Below, piece after piece: positions 9,427-17,578 of a stretch of 64,000 bases of DNA. Both the position numbers and the translations under genes were made by a program. Source of the DNA: an uncultured Gammaproteobacteria bacterium (lineage in GTDB: Bacteria; Patescibacteriota; Microgenomatia; Levybacterales; GWA1-39-11); NCBI GenBank assembly GCA_964452165.1, contig CAYVKP010000001.1, positions 332,110 through 396,109 on the forward strand, given 5' to 3'. Below the pieces are notes generated by a model, which was given only the letters and a program-made list of their open reading frames with translations, did not search any database and was not told the origin of the DNA. Numbering within the stretch: the first letter of the stretch is position 1; every line of letters starts with the position of its first letter.

Positions 9427-9470
9427 ATTCTGCCCCGTCATTCGAAAGAAAGGCGGGGCGAATTCTTTTT
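9427..9470 (+). terminator. intrinsic terminator of the micro-ORF transcript
   Basis: GCCCCGTC...GGCGGGGC stem with an inner TTC-GAAA-GAA hairpin, followed by ATTCTTTTT. Confidence 0.65.
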
Positions 9471-9517
9471 AGAAGGTAATTTTGGTTCATTTATGATAGA
9501 ATTTAAGTTCAATAATT

Positions 9518-12247
9518 ATGTTCGGTTCAATTTCCAAATTATTCGATTCAAACGACAAAGAAGTTAAAAAACTTTCTCCCATTGTTGATGAAATTAACGC
9601 CCTTGAAGAGAAAGTTAAAAAGCTTAAAGACGCCGACTTTCCTAAAAAAACCGCAGAACTTGCAAAAAGAATAGAAAAGGGAGAAAGTATTTTTTTAATA
9701 TTGCCTGAAGCTTTTGCATTAGCTCGTGAAGCCTCATATCGCGCTGTTGGACTCCGTCACTACGATGTGCAGATTATGGGCGCCATTACTCTTGCTCAAG
9801 GTAAAGTTGCAGAGCAGAAAACGGGAGAAGGAAAAACTTTATCTGCAATTCCTGCCCTTTACTTAAATGCGCTAACTGGAAAAAGCGTTCATTTGGTTAC
9901 AGTAAATGATTATCTTGCACGTCGTGATGCCGGTTGGATGGGTGCAATTTTTGAATTCTTGGGAATGAGTGTCGCATCAATAATCTCTGAAAATTCATTC
10001 ATCTACGATCCAAAATTTACCGACGAACAGGCCCAGGACTTTAGACTTTTGCACTTGCGCCCGGTTTCGCGACAAGAAGCATATAGGGCCAATGTAGTTT
10101 ATGGAATCAATTCTGAATTCGGTTTTGATTATCTTCGCGACAATATGGTTACGGATCCAGCACAAATGGTTCAATCTGACCATTTTTACGCAATAATCGA
10201 TGAGGTTGACTCGGTGTTGATTGATGAAGCAAGAACTCCACACATTATTTCAATGCCCGATGCGACTCCTTCGCAAAAATATTATGAATATGCCGGAATC
10301 GTTGGAAAATTAACAAACGAAACAGATTACAAGATAGACGAGAAATCGCGAACCGCTCACCTTACCGATCACGGAATTGAAAAAGTTGAAAAACTTTACG
10401 GTGTATCCGATATTTACGAAAAAGATTTCGATACGGTTTATCATATTGAAGCAGCCCTCAAAGCAAATACTCTATTTCACAAAAATAAAGATTATATAGT
10501 ACGCGACAATCAGGTAATTTTAGTAGATGAGTTTACAGGTCGATTACTCGAAGGAAGAAGACTATCTGAAGGTCTACATCAGGCAATTGAAGCCAAGGAA
10601 GGCGTTGCGATTCAACAAGAATCTAAAACCTTGGCAACTGTTTCTCTTCAAAATTACTTCAGAATGTACGAAAAGCTCGCGGGAATGACAGGAACTGCCG
10701 TTACTGAGGCGGAAGAGTTTCAGAAAATATATAAGCTTGATGTCGTCGTCGTCCCCACCCACAGGGAAATGATTCGCGAGGACGTTGCGGATCAGATTTA
10801 TAAAACTACTCGGGCAAAGGTAGCAGCAATTGTGAATGAGGTTGAGGAGGCTAACAAAAAAGGACAGCCGGTTTTGGTTGGTACCACTTCAATTGATAAG
10901 AACGAAATAATATCAGAAGCCTTGAAACGGCGAGGAATAAAACATGAAGTCTTGAACGCTAAAAACCACACAAAAGAGGCGCTCATCATTAAAGACGCAG
11001 GAAAGCGCAGTGCTGTAACCGTTGCAACAAATATGGCAGGACGTGGAGTCGATATTATTCTTGGGGGTCAGCCTCCCTCCAAATTTGACCTGGTTTATTC
11101 AGGTAAAACAGGAGAGAAAAAGTTTGAGTCAGACTTAAAGCTATGGGAGAAAGAGCATGAGGCGGTTTTGGAGAGCGGTGGGTTATTTGTTATAGGTACT
11201 GAAAAGCATGAATCGAGAAGAATAGACAATCAGTTAAGAGGGCGTTCGGGACGTCAAGGGGATCCTGGAAAATCCGTTTTTGTAATTTCTCTTGAAGATG
11301 ATCTGATGCGTGTTTTTGGTGGAGAGCAAATCTCGGGTCTTATGACAAGATTCAATTTTCCCGAAGATACACCTTTGGCTCACGGGCTCGTTTCAAGAGT
11401 TATAGAACAGGCTCAGGTAAAGGTTGAAGGATATAATTTTGAAATCCGAAAAAATCTTCTTGATTATGACGATGTCTTAAATCAGCAAAGAGAAATAATT
11501 TATGAGATGAGGCAGAGAATAGTCCGCGGTGATGAGGATATTGTTGATTTTGTTTTGCAAAAAGTTGACACGGTTACGGCAAATCTTGTTGCAGCAAATC
11601 TTTTCTCTCAGGGCGCAGCCGACGGACACAAGACAGTAATAGATGAGTTTTCAACAATTGTTCCATTTGACGAGGCTTCACGGGAAAATTTATACAAACA
11701 AATTCAGCAACTTGGTTCGGTAGAAAAAACTACAGAGTTTTTGACAGGTCTGACCAAACAATTAATAAACACTTGGGAAAAGCAATATACGCGTGAACAC
11801 ATAGGACATATTTATAAAGTAATAGCGTTATCAACGATCGATAATTTATGGATGGAGCATTTGACAGCAATGGAGGATTTGCGAACCGGAATAGGGCTGC
11901 GTGGTTATGGGCAACGTGATCCGCTTGTCGAATACAAAAACGAAGCTTTTGGAATGTTTGAGCGCCTTGTTGCGTCAGTTGATGATGATATTGCCCGTCG
12001 CGCATTCAGAGTAAATTTTGCTGAAGTCGTCCCGCATGTTCATACGCCTCAAAATGTCCAAGTAAATCAACCCGAATCAGAAATTGGAGAAAAAGCTGCC
12101 AAAAGTTCGGCCTCATCAAAAAAAATAAAAGTTAAGAACGACACGGATGGAACGACCGAAACCAAAAAACTCGGTAGAAATGACCCTTGCTGGTGCGGAT
12201 CCGGAAAGAAGTGGAAAAAATGCCACTACCCAAACCTCCCAGCATAG
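9518..12247 (+). CDS. secA: preprotein translocase subunit SecA
   Basis: Motifs KTGEGKT, DEVDSVLIDEARTP, TNMAGRGVDI and QLRGRSGRQGDPG; C-terminal SEC-C motif CWCGSGKKWKKCH. Confidence 0.97.
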   Translation: MFGSISKLFDSNDKEVKKLSPIVDEINALEEKVKKLKDADFPKKTAELAKRIEKGESIFLILPEAFALAREASYRAVGLRHYDVQIMGAITLAQGKVAEQKTGEGKTLSAIPALYLNALTGKSVHLVTVNDYLARRDAGWMGAIFEFLGMSVASIISENSFIYDPKFTDEQAQDFRLLHLRPVSRQEAYRANVVYGINSEFGFDYLRDNMVTDPAQMVQSDHFYAIIDEVDSVLIDEARTPHIISMPDATPSQKYYEYAGIVGKLTNETDYKIDEKSRTAHLTDHGIEKVEKLYGVSDIYEKDFDTVYHIEAALKANTLFHKNKDYIVRDNQVILVDEFTGRLLEGRRLSEGLHQAIEAKEGVAIQQESKTLATVSLQNYFRMYEKLAGMTGTAVTEAEEFQKIYKLDVVVVPTHREMIREDVADQIYKTTRAKVAAIVNEVEEANKKGQPVLVGTTSIDKNEIISEALKRRGIKHEVLNAKNHTKEALIIKDAGKRSAVTVATNMAGRGVDIILGGQPPSKFDLVYSGKTGEKKFESDLKLWEKEHEAVLESGGLFVIGTEKHESRRIDNQLRGRSGRQGDPGKSVFVISLEDDLMRVFGGEQISGLMTRFNFPEDTPLAHGLVSRVIEQAQVKVEGYNFEIRKNLLDYDDVLNQQREIIYEMRQRIVRGDEDIVDFVLQKVDTVTANLVAANLFSQGAADGHKTVIDEFSTIVPFDEASRENLYKQIQQLGSVEKTTEFLTGLTKQLINTWEKQYTREHIGHIYKVIALSTIDNLWMEHLTAMEDLRTGIGLRGYGQRDPLVEYKNEAFGMFERLVASVDDDIARRAFRVNFAEVVPHVHTPQNVQVNQPESEIGEKAAKSSASSKKIKVKNDTDGTTETKKLGRNDPCWCGSGKKWKKCHYPNLPA

Positions 12248-12259
12248 TTCTATAACAAG

Positions 12260-12895
12260 ATGATGCCTAACAGTAACAATGAAGGTGAGCAACGCACTCC
12301 TCAGCGAGTAAAGCTTTTTACTGAAGTAACAACTGCTCGAGCAGCGGAAATAGAACGAGGCGTTTTTGAATCTACTACTCCTCCTGTTCACCCGCCCGCC
12401 CGTTGGCAGGCGGAATGGGCGCTTGACCATTTTCAACCGGAAGATTTGAGACAAAAAGGTATTACTCGAAGACAAGACATATTCTCCTCACATTTACCTT
12501 ACCAAGGTCATCAGCCAATCGCCGATAAAGTGCTTGTGGAGTTTGAAGTGGATGAGAATTCGCTTTATATTGCTGAGTCAGAATTTGTAAGCAATATTAT
12601 AACTCCAGCGATGAGCGATACGCCTTTTTCAAAACTAATGGAGCGAAAAGAAATATTTGATTCGCTTTTCCCTGAAACTGGAATAAGTCGAGCGACATTT
12701 GAAGAACGGCTAGCTACCTTATCCGGTGAGAAAAGAGATTCTTTGCTGGAGATGTCTAAGGGAGCGGCAGAAGACTACTGGAAAAGTGTTGTGCCCTACA
12801 GCGCTTACCAAGACCAAGGGGTTTCTTACGAGGAGCCTGAAGCACTTATAGTTCGTGGCGCCAGATTTGAGAACGTCAAAAGATCCGGAGCGTAA
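12260..12895 (+). CDS. hypothetical protein, possible DUF2441-like ADP-ribosyltransferase fold
   Basis: Clean ORF with the motif order EWALD..TRRQDIF..VLVEFEVD..AEDYWKS..PEALIVRG. Confidence 0.5.
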   Translation: MMPNSNNEGEQRTPQRVKLFTEVTTARAAEIERGVFESTTPPVHPPARWQAEWALDHFQPEDLRQKGITRRQDIFSSHLPYQGHQPIADKVLVEFEVDENSLYIAESEFVSNIITPAMSDTPFSKLMERKEIFDSLFPETGISRATFEERLATLSGEKRDSLLEMSKGAAEDYWKSVVPYSAYQDQGVSYEEPEALIVRGARFENVKRSGA

Positions 12896-12901
12896 ATATT
12901 C

Positions 12902-13606
12902 TTAAATATACCTCTCTTTTAGCTCGAGCCATTTTTCTGCTTCTTCAATTGAACGCCTCATAAAACCAACTGCCTCAACCGGATATTTACCAATGGCTGT
13001 CTCCTCAGAAAGCATTACGGCATTTGAACCGTCAAAAACTGCGTTTGAAACATCTGATATTTCTGCAATTGTTGGTTTGGCATTATTGACCATGGATAAA
13101 AGCATCTCTGTCGCAGTTATTAAAAACTTATTTTCGGCCAACGCCTTACGCGATAAATCCTTTTGTAAAACAGGAATTCTTTCTATGGATTCTGCTTTTG
13201 AAAGATCTCCCCGAGCAATCATAATCCCATCAGACGCAGCAAGAATCGGATGTATGTTGTTTACTCCCGCAGTTGTCTCAATCTTTGCAATTATAAATGC
13301 TTTGGTTTTTTCCTTAACTTCTTTAATTTGATCAGCGTCATTAACAAAAGATACGGCTACCATGTCAAGATTATTTTTTGAAAAATAATCTAATTTATCA
13401 AGAGTCTTGATATCAAAAATGACTTTTATATTTTTTCCAAGTGAGTGATCTGTAAGGTTCTTAAGTATTTGGTCATACTGAGCGTAATCTCCGTAGGCTG
13501 TGTTTATTCTTACCATATCAACGCCTTCTCTAACTATTCCTTCAAACACAGAGGGGTCAAGCGTTGCCGGCCCAATAGTGGCAATAATTTTAGTCTTCCT
13601 ATTCAT
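12902..13606 (-). CDS. pyk: minimal pyruvate kinase (A-barrel only, 234 aa)
   Basis: Motifs RKTKIIATIGPA, AKIE, IMIARGDL and AVMLSEETAIGKYPVEAV. The B and C domains are absent. Confidence 0.85.
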   Translation of the reverse strand: MNRKTKIIATIGPATLDPSVFEGIVREGVDMVRINTAYGDYAQYDQILKNLTDHSLGKNIKVIFDIKTLDKLDYFSKNNLDMVAVSFVNDADQIKEVKEKTKAFIIAKIETTAGVNNIHPILAASDGIMIARGDLSKAESIERIPVLQKDLSRKALAENKFLITATEMLLSMVNNAKPTIAEISDVSNAVFDGSNAVMLSEETAIGKYPVEAVGFMRRSIEEAEKWLELKERYI

Positions 13607-13650
13607 AAAAGAATAATAACATATTGCCACTTGCTTGACATGGATCTTTA

Positions 13651-15627
13651 ATGCGTGAAATACTTAAAAAAGTGGAGAACGCTTCGGTCTCATCAGGATT
13701 ACCCAATATTCCTTCCCCTCCAAATGCTGGTAGGAGAAAATTTCCCTTACTAATTATTCCTTCTTTTTTAATTATTCTGCTTACAGCATTTTTCTTGACA
13801 CAGTTTTTACTAGGTTTTTCAAAAAATGCCGAAAATCTTTGTAGCATAGACAGTAAAAATCTTTGTGACGGTAAAGTTGTTGAGATTAAAGGGGCAGTAA
13901 ATGACTCTACTTTTGTACAAGAGTATGGTTATAAATTTACCCCAACAGGTTCGAGAATTAAAAACGAGATATACATTGGAGCGACGCGCTATGATGGTTT
14001 AAAAATTGGTCAGGGTCCCGAAAATTTCGCGGTCTCTCCACCGTTTGGCAGAAAAATAACAGTTAGGGGTGTAGTTAGAGTATCTGATGCCTACAGATGT
14101 ACGGTTAAGGATTATGCGTTGGCCAATCCACAACATTGTCAGAACGACACCTACCGGATTGATATTTCCCCATCGTCTATCATCACAGACAAATTTGACA
14201 GCGAAATAAATTACAGTATTTACGGTAAGCTTCCAAATATAAAAAACGACATTAAAACATGTAATTCCAAAACGCAATTTTGTGAGGACAACTTAGGTAG
14301 AGCCCCGGGCAGTTGTTATCTGTTGAATTTGACTAAGGATCAATGTTCACAAATTCGAATCGACAACGATACATTTTTTATTTCTGGAATCACTCAGTCT
14401 CTTCATGACCCTCTCAGTCCACAATCTCTTTATCAGGTTAATGGCATAGATTTTGGCAACCAAAGTGTGAATACTGTCTCAGGTTATGACAAGTTTTCTT
14501 TAAAGCCGGGTGTGTACTCTGCTTACAATAAGCTAGGCGAGAAAGTGGCAACCTTCAATACTGGTACGGTTGATTTCATAGATCCCGACACTTTCATGCC
14601 CGCATCGGAAGGTATTTATTTTTTCCTAAAAGATAGTCTTTTCTTGGCGAGTAAAAATGGAAATATAGTAAAAATGGGAACTCTTCCATCAAGCTATACA
14701 GGTAAGGGTTTTACTGCTTATGGTTTCAAAATGGTGGACTCCGGTAAAAGTCTGGTCTTTATGGTAAGTGATACTGATTCAGTTAGGGTCGTGAACCAGA
14801 ATTCCTACACAACCAACACGTTCTACTTGTTGAAAGTTGCGCTTGGTTCTCCTTCTGAGACTTTGAGTCCTGAGGTATTGTATTCTGAGAAAATGGAAGG
14901 TTTTATAAATTCTTTCGAAGTCAATCCCGAGGCCAGTACCGTCCTTATATCATACTCGTCCGCTGAAGAGTCTTTTGCTTCCTGTCAGACGACCCATTAT
15001 GTAAATATAAATTTAAACGACAAGTCTAAAACAGAACTCTTTAGTTTGGTTACGGACGGCGGCGGCAACATATATTGTACAGAACCTATGAATCGCAATA
15101 TGTATTCGTCCGGCGACGGTCACTATCTAATTTTTGGTGTAGATTTCAATAATAACCCCGCTACCACTCAGATCAATCGTCTAGTCGTATATACGATAAG
15201 TGGTAATGCTGCTGTTAAAAAAGAATATTTAGCGGATAGTCAGTTATTGCGTAGTCAAGCAGTGCAAATTACCGGCGTTTCAGATAGCGAGATTTCTTTA
15301 ATTGATAGTTCTTCTGATAAAATAGGTTACACATTTAATCTTTCGAGAGACAAGTATTCTTTAGATAATTTAAAACCGGTCATTAGCTCACCTATTTCCT
15401 TAACCCCTACTCCTTACCCTACGGACTTATATCAGATTATCAACTCGGAATATTTGTACGAGGATGATAAAAATTGGTATTTTTTAAGTAGAGACGTGAA
15501 TGAAAGAAAATACTATGTTGTAGACAAAAAAACTAAAAAGGTATTTTTAGCATCTACATTTTCCTTGTATGCTCGTGCTAAAATATCAGCTAACAATAAC
15601 TTCTACATTCTTGACAACGATCATTAA
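13651..15627 (+). CDS. large membrane-anchored surface protein of unknown function
   Basis: One N-terminal TM helix, a Cys-containing and Ser/Thr/Asn/Tyr-rich beta-type ectodomain, and a TPTP linker. Confidence 0.7.
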   Translation: MREILKKVENASVSSGLPNIPSPPNAGRRKFPLLIIPSFLIILLTAFFLTQFLLGFSKNAENLCSIDSKNLCDGKVVEIKGAVNDSTFVQEYGYKFTPTGSRIKNEIYIGATRYDGLKIGQGPENFAVSPPFGRKITVRGVVRVSDAYRCTVKDYALANPQHCQNDTYRIDISPSSIITDKFDSEINYSIYGKLPNIKNDIKTCNSKTQFCEDNLGRAPGSCYLLNLTKDQCSQIRIDNDTFFISGITQSLHDPLSPQSLYQVNGIDFGNQSVNTVSGYDKFSLKPGVYSAYNKLGEKVATFNTGTVDFIDPDTFMPASEGIYFFLKDSLFLASKNGNIVKMGTLPSSYTGKGFTAYGFKMVDSGKSLVFMVSDTDSVRVVNQNSYTTNTFYLLKVALGSPSETLSPEVLYSEKMEGFINSFEVNPEASTVLISYSSAEESFASCQTTHYVNINLNDKSKTELFSLVTDGGGNIYCTEPMNRNMYSSGDGHYLIFGVDFNNNPATTQINRLVVYTISGNAAVKKEYLADSQLLRSQAVQITGVSDSEISLIDSSSDKIGYTFNLSRDKYSLDNLKPVISSPISLTPTPYPTDLYQIINSEYLYEDDKNWYFLSRDVNERKYYVVDKKTKKVFLASTFSLYARAKISANNNFYILDNDH

Positions 15628-16399
15628 AACAATTAAGCCACAGCAGGTAGCTTTCAAAGCGGAGGATCTCATACGGCAAGTTCTAAGAGGAGAAGGATAC
15701 AAGGAAGTCTTAATTGCAGTTTCAGGAGGAATTGATTCTGCAACCAGTGCGACTCTTGCAGTCCGCGCTCTTGGAAAAGAAAATATTTATCCGGTCATTT
15801 TGCCGTACGGAGAATTGAATGATGAGGGAGCTCAAGATGCATGGGAAGTTATACATTTTTTAAAAATACCCGCCAAGCAAGTTATCACAATCGATATAAA
15901 ACCCGCAACAGACGCATTTGCTAAATATGATAAATCTATGGATGAGGGAAGACTTGGTAATGTTATGGCCAGAATGAGAATGGTTGCCCTTTACGATTTA
16001 TCCAAGAAACTAAATCGACTTGTTGTCGGGACGGAAAATAAGACAGAGCATCTATTGGGTTATTACACTCGTTTTGGAGACGAGGCAAGCGACATTGAAC
16101 CCATTCGAAGCCTTTACAAAACACAGGTTTATATGCTCGCAGAATATTTAAAAATCCCCCAAAAAATAATTGATAAATCACCCAGCGCCGGTTTGTGGTT
16201 AGGGCAAACAGATGAAGGAGAATTTGGATTTACCTATGAGTTTGCCGATGAAGTTTTATATTTACATTACGAAAAAAACTTATCGAAAAGCGAGATTATC
16301 AAAAAGGGTTATAACAAAAAAGACGTCGAGAAACTTTGGTGGTGGATTGAAAAGGGTGAATTCAAAGATCGCCTACCTCATAAATACTCTGATCACTAG
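15611..16399 (+). CDS. nadE: NH3-dependent NAD+ synthetase (start uncertain)
   Basis: Motifs SGGIDS, GNVMARMRM, GTENKTE, GYYTRFGD and PSAGLWLGQTDE. Confidence 0.93.
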   Translation: MTTIIKTIKPQQVAFKAEDLIRQVLRGEGYKEVLIAVSGGIDSATSATLAVRALGKENIYPVILPYGELNDEGAQDAWEVIHFLKIPAKQVITIDIKPATDAFAKYDKSMDEGRLGNVMARMRMVALYDLSKKLNRLVVGTENKTEHLLGYYTRFGDEASDIEPIRSLYKTQVYMLAEYLKIPQKIIDKSPSAGLWLGQTDEGEFGFTYEFADEVLYLHYEKNLSKSEIIKKGYNKKDVEKLWWWIEKGEFKDRLPHKYSDH

Positions 16400-16417
16400 G
16401 CTTGGTATAATATAGGC

Positions 16418-17359
16418 ATGCCAGGCGAAAGTTCAATGGATCAAGATTTGGGCAAAGGAGTCCCTCCAGCATTTGAAATTCCTGCAAAAAGACCCGGTCG
16501 TTTTGTTGATAGACTGGGCTTTGTATCGCGGGTCGCTCTAGAAAGAGTGATTAAACCTCCCAAAGTGGAGGGACTTGAGCATTTATCCGAAATTCCAAAA
16601 GGAGAAAAAGTAGTAGTTGCATGCGATCATCTTGCGGATGTTTCAGAACTCGCAGCTATCCAAGCGCTTGCACCGTATAGAAAAGCCGATGTCGCTTCTC
16701 TTGCAACTAATCAAAGAGACCTAAAGCAGGCGATTCCAATACGCATGTTAGGAAGAAATAGGTTTCATGACGTTCGAAACATTTTTGATAAAGAAAAAGA
16801 TAAACCATACATGAGCTTTGATACTTCAAACTTTTCCGAAATGAAAGAAGCTATGGACAAAGGTTCTGACATGGTAATTTCAGCTCATAGGCCATTAAGG
16901 CGAACAGAGACAGCTGTTTTACCCAGTGAACCCACTATAGGCGCTGTGTATCTTGCCCAGCTCACAGAGGGCAGGAGAGTAGTTCCAGTGGCGCTTGATA
17001 TGCACACCGAGCAAAGAATAGGAATGGCATACAAGGACGTTAAAGGGGCAATAACTGATGATAGAAGCAAAGGGAGGTCTGATGCAACATTTAGAATTGG
17101 GTCTACGATTGTTTTAGATCAAATTCCAAAAGACGACCTGGATAAGTTTACTAAGATTGGAAACTCTAAATCGCGTGCAGAATTGAGAAATACGGGACAG
17201 TTCACAGACGCAAAGGAAGCATATCTAAGGGTTAGGGAAACTCTTGAAGGACAAAGTAGGCAAATAATGAATGCGATTGCGGATCTTTTGCCTGAGGAGA
17301 AAAGAAATGGTTGGGGTAATTCGAATACAAACGACAATTCCGGACAAACCACCACTTGA
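16418..17359 (+). CDS. divergent lysophospholipid/glycerol acyltransferase (PlsC/LPLAT superfamily)
   Basis: VEGLEHL..VVVACDH resembles block I; GAVYLAQ..VVPVAL resembles block IV. Confidence 0.6.
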   Translation: MPGESSMDQDLGKGVPPAFEIPAKRPGRFVDRLGFVSRVALERVIKPPKVEGLEHLSEIPKGEKVVVACDHLADVSELAAIQALAPYRKADVASLATNQRDLKQAIPIRMLGRNRFHDVRNIFDKEKDKPYMSFDTSNFSEMKEAMDKGSDMVISAHRPLRRTETAVLPSEPTIGAVYLAQLTEGRRVVPVALDMHTEQRIGMAYKDVKGAITDDRSKGRSDATFRIGSTIVLDQIPKDDLDKFTKIGNSKSRAELRNTGQFTDAKEAYLRVRETLEGQSRQIMNAIADLLPEEKRNGWGNSNTNDNSGQTTT

Positions 17360-17384
17360 CCCCATAAGGACTTTTTGTTAAAGT
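17356..17384 (+). promoter_or_regulatory. promoter of the carA leader
   Basis: TTGACC at 17356-17361, 17 bp spacer, extended -10 TG-T-TAAAGT at 17376-17384. Confidence 0.6.
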
Positions 17385-17462
17385 AAAACCCCAGAAGGTA
17401 ACCCGTTCGACTCTCTGCCAAAAAGGCGGATCGCTCAGGGCAAGAACAGCTTCTGGTTTTTT

Positions 17463-17501
17463 ATGAGGAAAATTTATAGGTTTGTTCACAATAGAGTTTA
17501 G
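17463..17501 (+). CDS. putative 12-aa leader peptide MRKIYRFVHNRV
   Basis: Short ORF whose stop lies just before a terminator stem upstream of carA. It has no SD. Confidence 0.3.
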   Translation: MRKIYRFVHNRV

Positions 17502-17504
17502 AAC

Positions 17505-17531
17505 GGAGCGCCCGCAAGCGCTCTTTTTTTT
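17505..17531 (+). terminator. intrinsic terminator/attenuator upstream of carA
   Basis: GAGCGC-CCGCAA-GCGCTC followed by 8 T. Confidence 0.75.
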
Positions 17532-17578
17532 GGCCCCGATTCTCTCGAAAGCTTTGAAGGGGCAGGCTAAATTATAAA

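Noticed and set aside
9326-9517. Poly-Lys ORF as a SecM-like leader controlling secA
   Set aside because: It has no signal peptide or arrest-length sequence, a terminator intervenes, and secA has its own TG-A-TAGAAT -10 at 9494-9502. Kept only as a standalone unit.
17385-17531. Known riboswitch or PyrR site in the carA leader
   Set aside because: I could not find the PyrR (ARUCCnGnGAGGYU), ZTP or ykkC consensus by eye. An Rfam scan would be needed.
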